The notes under the pieces are model-generated. The model saw nothing but the letters and a program-made list of their open reading frames with translations. It was not told the origin of the DNA and made no database searches. This document shows, in pieces, positions 28,118-41,750 of a DNA stretch of 64,000 nucleotides. How positions within the stretch are numbered: position 1 is the first letter of the stretch; each line of letters starts with the position of its first letter. Position numbers and translations under genes: made by a program. The DNA comes from an uncultured Chloroflexia bacterium (GTDB lineage Bacteria > Chloroflexota > Dehalococcoidia > UBA2979), in NCBI GenBank assembly GCA_963728205.1, contig CAVSIV010000001.1:256001-320000 (forward strand), written 5' to 3'.

Positions 28118-29582
28118 GTACACGCCGTCGCTTGCCGAGGTGCGGCACCTCGCGGGGCGCGGCAACGTCGTGCCCGTCTACCGCGAGGTCCGCGCCGACC
28201 TCGAGACCCCCGTCTCCGCCTTCCTCAAGGTCGCGCGCGGGCCGTATTCGTACCTGCTCGAGTCCGTCGAGGGCGGCGAGCGCATGGGGCGCTACTCGTT
28301 CATCGGCACCGAGCCCTACCGGGTGCTGGACGCGCAGCACGCCGACGGCGACCCGCTGATCGAGGTCGAGCGCGAGCTCGCGCGCTTCCAGCCCGTACCG
28401 GTCGCGGGCCTGCCGCGGTTCCACGGCGGCGCGGTCGGCTACCTCGGCTACGAGGTCGTCACGCACTTCGAGCCGCGCGTCCCCATCGGCGGACCGGACG
28501 TGCTCGGCATCCCCGAGTCGTGGCTGATGTTCACCGACACGCTGCTCGTCTTCGACCACCTGCAACACACCATCAAGGCCGTCGCGCACGTGCGGCTCGA
28601 CGGCGACGTCGACGCCTCGTACGAGCAGGCACGCTGGAAGATCGACCAGCTGATCGAGCGGCTCGAGGCGCCGCTCGGCGCGCTCCCCTACGTGCCGTTC
28701 AGCGGCCGCGGCGGCCAGGAGGTGCGCTCGAACTGGGAGCGCGACGACTTCCTGCGGGCGGTCGCGCGCACGAAGGAGCACATCGTCGCCGGCGACATCA
28801 TCCAGGCGGTGATCTCGCAGCGCTTCACCCGCGAGACGGGCGCGCACCCGTTCGAGGTCTACCGCAGCCTCCGCGCGATCAACCCGTCGCCGTACATGTA
28901 CTACCTGCAGTTCGGCGAGACGACGATCGTCGGGGCGTCGCCGGAGCTGCTCGTGAACGTCGAGGACGGCGTCGTGGAGGTGCACCCGATCGCCGGCACG
29001 CGGCCGCGCGGGGAGACGCCGCTCGACGACGAGCGCCTCGCGGAGGAGCTGCGCAACGACCCGAAGGAGATCGCCGAGCACGTGATGCTGCTCGACCTCG
29101 GCCGCAACGACGTGGGCCGCGTGGCGGAGCCGGGCAGCGTGCAGGTCACGCAGCGGCTCGACCTCGAGTTCTACTCGCACGTCATGCACATCGTCAGCCA
29201 CGTGAAGGGGAAGCTGCGCGCGGGGATGTCGCCGTACGACGCGCTGCGCGCCGGGTACCCGGCCGGCACCGTGAGCGGCGCGCCGAAGATCCGCGCGATG
29301 GAGATCATCGCGGAGCTCGAGCCCGACCAGCGCGGCCCGTACGCGGGCGCGGTCGGCTTCTTCGACCTCTCCGGCAACATCGAGACCTGCATCACCATCC
29401 GCACCCTCGTGATGCAGGGCGGCCTCGCGCACGTGCAGGCCGGCGCCGGGATCGTCTACGACTCCGATCCCGTGAAGGAGTACGAGGAGTGCCAGCACAA
29501 GGCGCGCGCGCTGCTGGCGGCCATCGACGACGCCGAGCGCGGCGAGGGCGGCGGCGCGCCGTCCGGCAGCCTGGGCTACTGA
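28107..29582 (+). CDS. trpE: Anthranilate synthase component I (GTG start inferred)
   Basis: DLETPVSAF, LLESVEGGE, NPSPYMY, PIAGTRPRG, EHVMLLDLGRND, GTVSGAPKIRAM. Confidence 0.95.
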   Translation: MLGEYTPSLAEVRHLAGRGNVVPVYREVRADLETPVSAFLKVARGPYSYLLESVEGGERMGRYSFIGTEPYRVLDAQHADGDPLIEVERELARFQPVPVAGLPRFHGGAVGYLGYEVVTHFEPRVPIGGPDVLGIPESWLMFTDTLLVFDHLQHTIKAVAHVRLDGDVDASYEQARWKIDQLIERLEAPLGALPYVPFSGRGGQEVRSNWERDDFLRAVARTKEHIVAGDIIQAVISQRFTRETGAHPFEVYRSLRAINPSPYMYYLQFGETTIVGASPELLVNVEDGVVEVHPIAGTRPRGETPLDDERLAEELRNDPKEIAEHVMLLDLGRNDVGRVAEPGSVQVTQRLDLEFYSHVMHIVSHVKGKLRAGMSPYDALRAGYPAGTVSGAPKIRAMEIIAELEPDQRGPYAGAVGFFDLSGNIETCITIRTLVMQGGLAHVQAGAGIVYDSDPVKEYEECQHKARALLAAIDDAERGEGGGAPSGSLGY

Positions 29583-29593
29583 GGAGACGCGCG

Positions 29594-30535
29594 ATGCCCG
29601 AACCCGGCAAGCCCGATCTCGCCTCCGCCGTCGTGATGATGCGCGACGACGACGCCGTGCTTCTCGTGCGGCACCCGCAGCGCGCCGGTGAGGACGTCGG
29701 TCCGTTCGACGGGCGATGGTCGCTGCCGATGGCCGCCGTCGTCGGCATGGAGTCGGCCGAGGACGCCGTCGCGCGCGTGATGCGCGACCAGCTCCACGTC
29801 GCGCCCGGACCGCTCGAGTTCAACGACACGATCTACATGGTCGGCGGCGACGGCTCGCGCTTCGTCGTGAACGCGTTCCTCGCGGTCGGCTGGGAAGGCG
29901 ACCCGCGCTTCAGCGGGCGCGACTACGCCGACGCCGCGTGGGTCGAGCCCGGCGGCGCCCTCGACCTCGACGGCGAGCTCGCCGACGGCATCGCCGAGTG
30001 GCTCGCGCGCGTCTTCGAGCGCGACGCCACCGCGCTCACGCCCGACGCGCTGCTCGCCGCGCTCGACGCCGCGCGCGCCGAGCTCGTCGCGGCGTTCGAC
30101 GCGATCCCGCAGCGCTACCGCGACGAGCCGCTCGAGGGCGACTGGTCGCCGCTCGACGTGATCGCGCACGCGGCGGACGCGGAGGCGTACTACGCCGCGG
30201 AGACGCGGCGCATCCTCACCGTCCCCGGCCACGCGTGGCAGGGCTTCAACGACGCACAGTGGAGCGAGTCGCGCGCGCTGCGCCGCGCGACCGGCGAGCG
30301 CGACGGCGAGGACGCCGTCCGCGCGCGGCTGGCGCGGGCGCGCGCGAACCTGCGCGGGTGGCTGCGCACGCTCACGCCCGTCGACCTCGACGCCTACGGC
30401 AACCACCCGGAGCGCGGCGTCGTGCAGGTCGGCGACCGCATCGACAAGATTGCGCGGCACGACCGCGAGCACGCCGAGCAGCTCAGGGGGATGGCGCGTG
30501 CCGCCCGCGTGCAGGCCGCGGCTCAGGAGACATAA
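29594..30535 (+). CDS. Fusion of a degenerate NUDIX domain and a DinB/YfiT-family domain
   Basis: VLLVRH...GRWSLP...ESAEDAVAR; WSPLDVIAH...HPERG...HDREH; GAGGAG RBS. Confidence 0.75.
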   Translation: MPEPGKPDLASAVVMMRDDDAVLLVRHPQRAGEDVGPFDGRWSLPMAAVVGMESAEDAVARVMRDQLHVAPGPLEFNDTIYMVGGDGSRFVVNAFLAVGWEGDPRFSGRDYADAAWVEPGGALDLDGELADGIAEWLARVFERDATALTPDALLAALDAARAELVAAFDAIPQRYRDEPLEGDWSPLDVIAHAADAEAYYAAETRRILTVPGHAWQGFNDAQWSESRALRRATGERDGEDAVRARLARARANLRGWLRTLTPVDLDAYGNHPERGVVQVGDRIDKIARHDREHAEQLRGMARAARVQAAAQET

Positions 30536-31130
<595 letters not shown>

Positions 31131-31229
31131 GCCGCCGGTCGAACCATGTTGCCGCCGGCGAACGGCTCCGCGTGAGCGGGGTGAGCCGCCGCCACCGCCC
31201 CGTGCCCTCCCGGACGTAAGGAGCGCCCC

Positions 31230-32300
31230 ATGATCAAGGAAGCCATCGCCGCCATCGCCGAGGAGCGCCGCGACCTCAGCGAGGGCGAGGCCGCCGAGGT
31301 GATGCACGAGATCATGCGCGCCGGTCGCGAGCGCACCGACGAAGACGAGGTGCGCGCGACCGAGGCGCAGTTCGGCGCCTTCGTCACCGCCCTCGCCATG
31401 AAGGGGGAGACCGTCGACGAGATCACCGGGATGGCGCGCATCATGCGCGCCTACGCGCTGCATGTGGACGTGCCCGACCGGCCGCTGCTCGACACCTGCG
31501 GCACGGGCGGCTCGCGCCTCAAGAAGTTCAACGCGTCGACCGCGGCGGCCTTCGTCGCGGCCGCGGCCGGTGCGAAGGTGGCGAAGCACGGCAACCGGGC
31601 GGCGACCTCGCAGTCCGGGTCGGCCGACCTGCTGGAGGCGCTCGGTGCGACGGTCGCGCTGGCGCCCGACCAGGTCGCGGAGTGCATCGCCCGCACGGGC
31701 GTGGGCTTCATGTTCGCGCCGGCGATGCACCCCGCGATGAAGTTCGCGGGACCGCTGCGGCCGCAACTCGGCATCCGCACCGTCTTCAACATCCTCGGCC
31801 CGCTCACGAACCCGGCGAACGCGAACTGCCACGTGCTCGGCGTGCCGAACCGGGAGCTCGCGGAGAAGCTCGCGCACGTGATGGCGCGGCTCGGCATGCG
31901 CCACGCGCTCGTCGTGTCGGGCTCGGACGGACTCGACGACATCACGGTCACCGGCCCGACGCACGTCTTCGAGATCAAGGCGAACGGCGTGACGCCGTGG
32001 GAGCTGACGCCCGGCCAGATGGGGCTCGACACGCACCCGTTCGAGGACATCGTGGGGGGCACGCCGCAGGAGAACGCGAAGCTGCTGCGCCAGATCTTCA
32101 ACGCGGAGGGACCGCGCGCGGTGCGCGACCTCGTCGCCGCGAACGCCGGCGCGGCGCTGTACGTGACGGGGCTGGCGTCGTCGATCCGGCAGGGCGTCGA
32201 GATGTCGCTCGAGGTGATCCGCAGTGGCGACGCCGCAGCGCGGCTGGGAGCGTTCGTCGAGGCGACGCGCCGCGTCGGCGCGGCGAAATCGGCGCGATGA
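31230..32300 (+). CDS. trpD: Anthranilate phosphoribosyltransferase
   Basis: KGETVDE, DTCGTGG, KHGNR, GSADLLEALG, RTVFNILGPL. Confidence 0.95.
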   Translation: MIKEAIAAIAEERRDLSEGEAAEVMHEIMRAGRERTDEDEVRATEAQFGAFVTALAMKGETVDEITGMARIMRAYALHVDVPDRPLLDTCGTGGSRLKKFNASTAAAFVAAAAGAKVAKHGNRAATSQSGSADLLEALGATVALAPDQVAECIARTGVGFMFAPAMHPAMKFAGPLRPQLGIRTVFNILGPLTNPANANCHVLGVPNRELAEKLAHVMARLGMRHALVVSGSDGLDDITVTGPTHVFEIKANGVTPWELTPGQMGLDTHPFEDIVGGTPQENAKLLRQIFNAEGPRAVRDLVAANAGAALYVTGLASSIRQGVEMSLEVIRSGDAAARLGAFVEATRRVGAAKSAR

Positions 32301-32328
32301 TTCGCCGCGGGGTCCGGGGGGCGGCGCG

Positions 32329-33254
<926 letters not shown>

Positions 33255-33258
<4 letters not shown>

Positions 33259-34024
33259 CCCTCATCAAGATCTGCGGCCACCGCACGCCGGACGACGTGC
33301 TCGCGGCGGCGAAGGCCGGCGCCGACTTCGTGGGCATCAACTTCGCGCGCTCGCCCCGCCGCGTCGACGCGCAGGAGGCGCAGGCGATGGTGCGTGCGCT
33401 CGGGCCGACGCTCGCCGATCACGAGATGACGCTCCCGCCGCCCGCGCAGCCTCGCGTGCGCGAGGAGGTCGGCCCGTGGTTCCGCCATGGCGCGGAGGTG
33501 ATCGAGGCCTACCTCGCCGTGAAGCGCCCGCTGACGGTGGGCATCTTCGCGGACCAGCCGATCGAGGAGGTCAACGAGCTCGCCGAGGAGGCGGGCGTCG
33601 ACCTCGTGCAGCTGTCGGGCGACGAGACGTGGGAGGACTGCCTGCTCGTCACGAAGCAGGTGATCCAGGTGGTGCACGTGTCCCCGATCGACTCGCCGCC
33701 GGACCCGATGGAGCAGGTGGAGCCGGGCTTCGCGCTCGCGCTCATGCTCGACGCCGCGCACGGCCCGTACCGCGGGGGCAACGGCCTGCCCTTCGACTGG
33801 GAGATCGCACGGCTGCTCTCGGAGCGCATCCCGATCGTGCTCGCCGGCGGGCTGACGCCGGAGAACGTCGGCGAGGCGATCGCCCGCGTCCGCCCGTGGA
33901 TGGTGGACGTGGCGAGCGGCACGGAGACCGACGGCCGCAAGGACTACGACAAGGTGCGCGCGTTCGTCGCCGCCGTCCGCGCCGCCGATGCCGCGGCGCG
34001 CGCGTCGGAGGGAGAGGCCTCGCG

Positions 34025-34028
<4 letters not shown>
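33255..34028 (+). CDS. trpF: Phosphoribosylanthranilate isomerase with internal insertion
   Basis: [31 protein letters not shown]. Confidence 0.93.
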
Positions 34029-35227
<1,199 letters not shown>

Positions 35228-35430
35228 CGCGCCGACGGCGAGCAGCGGCGTGCAGCGGGCTCGACGGGCGCTGCCGGCGATCCGGCGACCGGGCCACGCG
35301 GGGACAGCGGCGCACGGCGGGCGTTCCGCCCGCCGCTCGCAATCCGACGACCGTCGCCACGGGGTCAGGCCGCAGGAGCGGGCCTGACGCCCGCTGTGCG
35401 CCTGCGGTGCGCCGAACGACCGGCAGCGCG

Positions 35431-36474
35431 CTACGCGGGCCGCTCGCTCCCACGGCGCAGTGGCGCCGACACCGCGTGCAGGTGGCCGAGGATCGCGCGC
35501 ATCGACCCCATCGCGCTCGTCTCCGCGTACGGCAGATCCGCCTCGGCGCAGAACGCCCGCACGATCGGCTGCGCGCGGTGCAGATTGTTGCGCGGCATCG
35601 TCGGGAAGAGGTGGTGCTCGACCTGGTAGTTGAGACCGCCGTAGAAGAGGTCCGTGAACCAGTGGCCGCGCACGTTGCGGCTCGTCAGCACCTGTCCGCG
35701 CAGGAAGTCGAGGTCGGCGTCGGCGGCGAACACCGGCATGCCCTTGTGGTTCGGCGCGAAGACCATGCCGTTGTAGACGCCCGAGATGCCCTGGCTGATC
35801 GCGAAGTAGCCGAGCGCCATCGGCCACCCGAGGTGCGTGAGCAGCAGCGCCCAGAACGCGACGTGCCCGGCGAGCGCCAGGCCTTCCCACACGCGGTGCC
35901 GCGGTGCGTCCGCGATCACGTGCTCGATCGCGCGCACGTGCATGTTCAGCGCCTGGAACGCGGCCAGCACGAAGAACAGCGGCGCCTGGTGCGCGATCAC
36001 CGGCCGCCAGAACGCGGACTTCTCCGCGATCTGCTGCTCGTCGAATGCCAGCATCGGGAACTCGATGTCCGGATCGCCGCCCAGCACGTTCGGCTTGCCG
36101 TGGTGCGCGTTGTGCTTGCGCGACCACCACGAGTAGCTGATGGCGACGAGGAAGTCGCCGACGATGATGCCGAGCACGGTCACCATGCGCCGGCTGCGCA
36201 CGATCTGGCGGTGCTGCAGGTCGTGACCGATCAGGCCGACCTGCGTCGTCATCACGCCCCCGGCCGCGGCCAGCAGCAGCACCAGCGGGCCGTGCACGAA
36301 GAAGGGCGCGGCGAGCACCGCGGCGTACACGGCGAGCGTGATCGCGATCTTGCGCGCGTAGTACGCCGGCTGCGTGTCGAGCAGTCCGGCGGCACGGATG
36401 CGTGCTTTCAGGGTGGAGTACTGGGCAGGGCGCGTGGACGTGCGAGCCGGCTCGAGCGCGGCGGCGAGGGTCAA
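35431..36474 (-). CDS. Membrane fatty acid (acyl-lipid/acyl-CoA) desaturase, front-end-like
   Basis: His boxes HDLQH, HNAHH, QVEHH; several TM segments. Confidence 0.9.
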   Translation of the reverse strand: MTLAAALEPARTSTRPAQYSTLKARIRAAGLLDTQPAYYARKIAITLAVYAAVLAAPFFVHGPLVLLLAAAGGVMTTQVGLIGHDLQHRQIVRSRRMVTVLGIIVGDFLVAISYSWWSRKHNAHHGKPNVLGGDPDIEFPMLAFDEQQIAEKSAFWRPVIAHQAPLFFVLAAFQALNMHVRAIEHVIADAPRHRVWEGLALAGHVAFWALLLTHLGWPMALGYFAISQGISGVYNGMVFAPNHKGMPVFAADADLDFLRGQVLTSRNVRGHWFTDLFYGGLNYQVEHHLFPTMPRNNLHRAQPIVRAFCAEADLPYAETSAMGSMRAILGHLHAVSAPLRRGSERPA

Positions 36475-36626
36475 AAGGCAATTCCCAACAAACGCGGAGG
36501 TGATGACCTGCGCGCCACGCCCGCAGGCGAGCGCTCGGTCGAGAGGTTTTCAGTGTAGCGGCCGCGAGCGTCGCGTGCCGATGTCGCCGGCGGCGCGATC
36601 CGGGGCCGGGCGCTACGCTCGTTCGC

Positions 36627-37370
36627 ATGTTCGCCGACTGGCCCGCCGAGGAGGACGACGTGTCGTTCCGCCGCCACGTGTGGCGCGGCAGCGACGTCGC
36701 GCTCGGGTTCATGGGGATCCTGCTCGGCTTCGCGGCCGTCATCGCGCTCGGCGTCGCGATCGCCGCCATCTCCGGCGTCACCTCCGACACCGGCGCGGAC
36801 GTCCCCGGGGCGCTCGTCACGATGGGCTTCGAGGCGCTGCTCGGCGCCATCGTGCTGCTGCTCGCGGCGCGGCGCCGGCTCTCGCTGCGCCAGCTCGGGT
36901 TGCACCGGCCGCCCGACGGCGGCCGCGTGGTGACGGCGCTCGTCGGCGCGTACGCCACCTTCATCGCCTACCAGTTCCTGCTCGACGCCATCCGCCGGCT
37001 CGGCGTCGACGTCTCGCGCTTCAACCAGGGCAACCCGATCCCGACCGGTCCGCATACCGGGGTCGCGACGTGGGTGCTGCTGGGCATCGCCGTCGTCGTC
37101 ATCGCGCCCGTCACCGAGGAGCTGTTCTTCCGGGCGTTCGTCTTTCGCGCGATCGCCGGCGCGATGCCGATGTGGCCGGCGTTCCTGCTCAGCGGCCTCG
37201 CCTTCGCGCTGTTCCATCTCAACGCGAGCGTGCTCGTGCCGTTCACGTTCGTCGGCGCGTTCTTCGCCTGGTCGTACTGGCGCTCGGGCTCGCTCTGGAC
37301 GTCAATCACCGCGCACGCCATCGTGAATGGTGCCAGCTTCGTGTTCACGGTCACGGGGATGATCAAGTGA
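36627..37370 (+). CDS. CPBP (Abi/CAAX) family intramembrane metalloprotease
   Basis: [20 protein letters not shown]. Confidence 0.9.
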   Translation: MFADWPAEEDDVSFRRHVWRGSDVALGFMGILLGFAAVIALGVAIAAISGVTSDTGADVPGALVTMGFEALLGAIVLLLAARRRLSLRQLGLHRPPDGGRVVTALVGAYATFIAYQFLLDAIRRLGVDVSRFNQGNPIPTGPHTGVATWVLLGIAVVVIAPVTEELFFRAFVFRAIAGAMPMWPAFLLSGLAFALFHLNASVLVPFTFVGAFFAWSYWRSGSLWTSITAHAIVNGASFVFTVTGMIK

Positions 37371-38170
37371 CGACGGATCGCATCGCCGAGATGTTCGCGC
37401 GGACGCGCGCGGAGGGCCGCCCGGCGATCATCGTCTTCGCGCCCGCCGGCTGGCCGGAGGCCGGCGCGACGGCCGACATCATCGCGACGGCCGTGGACGC
37501 CGGCGCCGACGCCTTCGAGGTGGGCCTGCCGTTCAGCGACCCGCTCGCCGACGGCGTGACCAACCAGGAGGCGTACCAGCAGGCGCTCGCGCTTGGCGCG
37601 AACACGGAGACCGTGCTGGCCTCCGTGCGCGAGGCGCGCGACCGCGGCGTCACCGCGCCGCTCCTGATCATGGGGTACTTCAACCCGCTGCTCGCCTATG
37701 GCCTGCGTCGCTTCACACAGGACGCCGCCGCCGCGGGGGTCGACGGGCTGATCATCGTCGACCTGCCGCCGAACGAGGCGGGCGAGCTCGAGGCGCCGGC
37801 GCGCGAAGCCGGCCTGCACCTCGTCTTCCTGCTCGCGCCCACGTCGACCGAGGACCGCATCCGCGCCGTCGCCGAGCACGCGGGCGGCTTTATCTACTGC
37901 GTGAGCGTCACCGGCGTGACCGGGGCGCGGGACGAGCTCCCCGAGGACCTCGGCGCGTTCCTCGGCCGCGTGCGCCGCGCGACCGACCTGCCGCTCGCCG
38001 TCGGGTTCGGCATCTCGGCGCGGCGGCACGTGGAGGCCGTGGGCCGCGTCGCCGACGGCGCCGTGATCGGAAGCGCGTTCGTCCGTACCATTGCAGATGG
38101 ACCCATCGCGGAGCGCGCGGAGCGCATCCGCCGATTCCTGGGGGGACTCACCGGTCGTGTGTCTGGATGA
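37367..38170 (+). CDS. trpA: Tryptophan synthase alpha chain
   Basis: GTG start overlapping the CPBP stop; [32 protein letters not shown]. Confidence 0.95.
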   Translation: MTTDRIAEMFARTRAEGRPAIIVFAPAGWPEAGATADIIATAVDAGADAFEVGLPFSDPLADGVTNQEAYQQALALGANTETVLASVREARDRGVTAPLLIMGYFNPLLAYGLRRFTQDAAAAGVDGLIIVDLPPNEAGELEAPAREAGLHLVFLLAPTSTEDRIRAVAEHAGGFIYCVSVTGVTGARDELPEDLGAFLGRVRRATDLPLAVGFGISARRHVEAVGRVADGAVIGSAFVRTIADGPIAERAERIRRFLGGLTGRVSG

Positions 38171-38352
38171 CCTGCGGCAACCGCACGAGCACCCGTGGCT
38201 CGGGAGCTTCGCGTCGTATACGCGGAGCCACGCGGTGCCGGCCGTCCCGACCGCGGCCGGTCCGTTTGGCTCCTGACTCCCTGCGGGCGCGGCCGTGTGC
38301 CGCCGGCCCGAGGTCGCTGGCAGCGAGTGCGAACGAACGGAGCCCCCGCGGC

Positions 38353-38739
38353 ATGCTCGTCCGAGGCATCAGAGGCGCGACCACCGTCGCGGCCAACACG
38401 CGCAACGACATCCTGCGAGCGGCCGACGAGTTGCTCGGGGAGTTGGTGCGCGCGAACGCCATCGAGCGGGACCTGGTGGCTTCGATCCTGTTCACGACCA
38501 CGCCCGACCTCAACGCCGAGTTCCCGGCCGTCGCCGCCCGTGAGGCGGGGTGGACGGAGACGGCCCTCGAGTGCGTACATGAGATGAACGTCCCGGGCAG
38601 CCTCGCGCGGTGTCTGCGCATCCTGATGCACGTGAACACCGACCGGCCGCTGTCCGAGATCAAGCACGTCTCCCTCCACGGCGCGCGCGTCCTGCGGCGC
38701 GACCTGGCCGGTGACGAGATGGCGGAGGCCACCAGGTGA
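38353..38739 (+). CDS. aroH: Chorismate mutase, AroH class
   Basis: VRGIRGATT, DLNAEFPA, EMNVPGSL..CLRIL. Confidence 0.93.
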   Translation: MLVRGIRGATTVAANTRNDILRAADELLGELVRANAIERDLVASILFTTTPDLNAEFPAVAAREAGWTETALECVHEMNVPGSLARCLRILMHVNTDRPLSEIKHVSLHGARVLRRDLAGDEMAEATR

Positions 38740-39785
38740 TTGTGATCATGAAACTCGGGCACGAGCCGGAGCAGCGCGACGCGGTGATCCACCGCATCAC
38801 GGAGCTCGGCCTCAGCGCGCAGCCCATCTACGGCGAGACGCGCACGGTGATCGCCGTGCTCGGGCAGGTCATGCCCGAGCTGAAGGACGAGCTGTCGACC
38901 ATCGACGGCGTCGACGAGGTGCTGCGCGTCTCGAAGCCCTACAAGCTGTCGAACCGCGAGGTGCACGTCGACGACACGGTCGTCGACGTCGGCCACGGCG
39001 TGAAGGTCGGCGGCGGGCGGCCGGTGTTCATGGCCGGGCCGTGCTCGATCGAGTCGCTCGATCAGCTGCACGCCGCAGGCGTGGGGGTGAAGGCGGCCGG
39101 GGCGCACGTGCTGCGCGGCGGCGCGTTCAAGCCGCGCACGTCGCCGTACTCGTTCCAGGGTCTCGGGCTCGCCGGCCTGAAGATGCTCAAGCAGGTCGGC
39201 GACGAGCTGGGCATGCCGACGATCACCGAGCTGCTCTCGGTGCGCGACGTCGAAGCCGTGGCGGAGCACGCCGACATCCTGCAGATCGGCGCGCGCAACA
39301 TGTCGAACTTCGTGCTGCTGGCGGAGGCCGGGAAGACCGGCAAGCCGGTGATGCTGAAGCGCGGCCCGGCGAGCACGATCGAAGAGTGGCTGCTGGCAGC
39401 GGACTACATCCTCAACCAGGACAACCCGAACGTGATGCTCTGCGAGCGTGGCATCCGCACCTTCGAGACCGCGACGCGCAACACCCTCGACCTCAATGCG
39501 GTCGCGCTGGCGAAGCGCCTGAGCCATCTGCCGGTGATCTCCGACCCGTCCCACGGGACGGGCAAGTGGTACCTGGTGCGGCCGATGTCGATGGGCTCGA
39601 TCGCCGTCGGCGCGGACGGCCTGATGATCGAGGTGCACCCGAACCCGGATCACGCCCTGTCGGATGGCGCGCAGTCGCTCACGCCGCGCAACTTCGCGGA
39701 GGTGGCGGCCGAGGCGCGCGCGCTGGCGGCGGCGATCGGGCGGCCGTTCGCGGACGCGCTGCCGACGGCCGTGGCCGCGGGCTAG
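38736..39785 (+). CDS. aroF: DAHP synthase (type I-beta) with N-terminal regulatory domain
   Basis: [41 protein letters not shown]. Confidence 0.95.
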   Translation: MIVIMKLGHEPEQRDAVIHRITELGLSAQPIYGETRTVIAVLGQVMPELKDELSTIDGVDEVLRVSKPYKLSNREVHVDDTVVDVGHGVKVGGGRPVFMAGPCSIESLDQLHAAGVGVKAAGAHVLRGGAFKPRTSPYSFQGLGLAGLKMLKQVGDELGMPTITELLSVRDVEAVAEHADILQIGARNMSNFVLLAEAGKTGKPVMLKRGPASTIEEWLLAADYILNQDNPNVMLCERGIRTFETATRNTLDLNAVALAKRLSHLPVISDPSHGTGKWYLVRPMSMGSIAVGADGLMIEVHPNPDHALSDGAQSLTPRNFAEVAAEARALAAAIGRPFADALPTAVAAG

Positions 39786-39810
39786 CGCGGGCGTGACGGA
39801 GGAGCGCACG

Positions 39811-40731
39811 ATGGGCGACCGCGACCCGCGGACGACGCCGGGGGCCGCCGACGAGGCGGCCCAGGCGGCGGACGCGGCGGTCGCGGGCAGCGACGCCGCG
39901 GCGCCGCGCGCGGCAGACGCCGCGGTCGCGGGCGATGATGCCGGGGCGGCCGTCGACGGCGGTGAGCGCGGGATCCGCGTCGACCTGCCGGTCTTTCAGG
40001 GCCCACTCGACCTGCTGCTGCACCTGATCGAGCGCAACGAGCTCGACATCACCGCGGTCTCGCTGCTCGCGGTCACCGAGCAATACATGGCGCAGCTGCG
40101 CAACACCGACCGCATCAACGTCGCCGCGCTCGCTGACTTCATCGCCGTCGGCGCGCGCCTCCTCCTCCTGAAGTCGCGCGCCCTGCTGCAGCGCGACGAG
40201 GAGGCCGTCGCGGACGAGGCCGACTCCGACGCCACCGATCTCATCGACGCCCTCAAGGAGTACCGCCGCTTCAAGGAGGCCGCGGAGTTCCTGCGCGAGC
40301 GGGACGGCGGCCACGCGACGTACCGCCGGCAGGCGACGCCGCCGAAGGTTGCGCTGCCCACCGGCCTCGACAGCGTCACACTCGACTCCCTCACCGACCT
40401 GCTGCGCGAGATCCTCGCGCGCATGCCCGAAGAGGAGCCGCAGGGCGAGGTGCGGCGCGACCCCATCCGCCTGCGCGACCGCATGCGCCGCCTCGTCGAC
40501 ACGCTGGAGTCGACCGGCAGCACGTCGTTCCGCCGCCTGATCGAGTCGGCCGCTTCGCGCACCGAGGTGATCGTCGACTTCATGGCCGTCCTGGAGCTGA
40601 TCAAGTCGCGCTACCTGGCGGCGCGGCAGTCGGAGGCGTTCGGCGACATCGACCTCGTGAAGTACGAGGGCGCGCTCGCGCCGAACCTGGATCTGCTGGC
40701 GGAGCAGGCGGAGCTGGGCGGCGATGAGTAG
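39811..40731 (+). CDS. scpA: Segregation and condensation protein A
   Basis: FQGPLDLLLHLI, LLLKSRALL, FMAVLELIK. Confidence 0.92.
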   Translation: MGDRDPRTTPGAADEAAQAADAAVAGSDAAAPRAADAAVAGDDAGAAVDGGERGIRVDLPVFQGPLDLLLHLIERNELDITAVSLLAVTEQYMAQLRNTDRINVAALADFIAVGARLLLLKSRALLQRDEEAVADEADSDATDLIDALKEYRRFKEAAEFLRERDGGHATYRRQATPPKVALPTGLDSVTLDSLTDLLREILARMPEEEPQGEVRRDPIRLRDRMRRLVDTLESTGSTSFRRLIESAASRTEVIVDFMAVLELIKSRYLAARQSEAFGDIDLVKYEGALAPNLDLLAEQAELGGDE

Positions 40732-40829
40732 GTGGCCCGGCGCTCCGGCTGGCGCCCCGGGCGCGGTGGTACGATGCCGCCGAGCCTCATTCGGACATCG
40801 AGCAGCTGGCGAGAAGGGACCCGTGGCCC

Positions 40830-41750
40830 GTGCTACTCGTCCGTGAGGAGCTGCGCCGCAGCGCGACGTCCGGCGCTCACGCGCTCTCCATCGGCGTCTT
40901 CGACGGCGTCCATCTCGGCCATCGCATGCTGATCGAGCGTCTCCGCGCCGAGGCGCGAACTCGCGGCCTCGGCACCGGCATCATCACCTTCCACCCCCAC
41001 CCCGTCACCGTCGTCCGCCCGGACATTCCGTTCTCCTACCTCGAGTCGCTCGAGCGCCGCGTCGAGCTGATCCGCGGCCTCGGCGTCGACTTCGTCTCCG
41101 TCCTCCAGTTCACCTCCGAGCTGCAGCAGGTTTCCGCGCTCGACTTCGTGCGCATCCTCGTCGAGGAGACGCAGATGCGCGTGCTCGTGGTCGGCGAGGA
41201 CTTCCACCTCGGCCGTGGCCGCGAGGGCGACACCGCGAAGCTCGCGGAGTACGGGCGCGACCTCGGCTTCGACGTCGTCGCACTCCCACTGCTGCAGAGC
41301 GACGCCGACCGCGTGTCGTCGACGCGCGTGCGCCAGGCGCTGGCCGCCGGCGACATGGAGCTCGTGGCGCAGCTGCTGGGCCGCCCGTACTCGCTGCGCG
41401 GCCCCGTGCTGCGTGGCGACCAGCGCGGGCAGAGCATCGGCTTCCCGACGATCAACATCGGCGTCAGCGCCGACCGCGCGCTGCCGCCCGACGGCGTCTA
41501 TGTGACGCGAGCCGAGGTCGGCGAATCGACGCACCACGCCGTCACGAACATCGGCACGCAGCCGACCTTCGAGGGCGCGACGCGTCGCGTGGAGACGCAT
41601 CTGCTCGACTTCGCGGGCGACCTCTACGGCCAGGTGGCGCGCATCGAGCTGCTGCACCGCCTGCGCGCGGAGCTGAAGTTCGACGGCGTGGAGTCGCTGG
41701 TCGCGCAGATCGGGCGCGACGTGGAGGCGACGCGGGAGTGGTTCGCATGA
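40830..41750 (+). CDS. ribF: Bifunctional riboflavin kinase / FAD synthetase
   Basis: GVFDGVHLGH, TFHPHP, VSSTRVR, GFPTIN, ETHLLDF. Confidence 0.95.
   Translation: MLLVREELRRSATSGAHALSIGVFDGVHLGHRMLIERLRAEARTRGLGTGIITFHPHPVTVVRPDIPFSYLESLERRVELIRGLGVDFVSVLQFTSELQQVSALDFVRILVEETQMRVLVVGEDFHLGRGREGDTAKLAEYGRDLGFDVVALPLLQSDADRVSSTRVRQALAAGDMELVAQLLGRPYSLRGPVLRGDQRGQSIGFPTINIGVSADRALPPDGVYVTRAEVGESTHHAVTNIGTQPTFEGATRRVETHLLDFAGDLYGQVARIELLHRLRAELKFDGVESLVAQIGRDVEATREWFA

Noticed and set aside
39811-40731. scpA without an adjacent scpB
   Set aside because: scpB may lie elsewhere; cannot be judged from one window.
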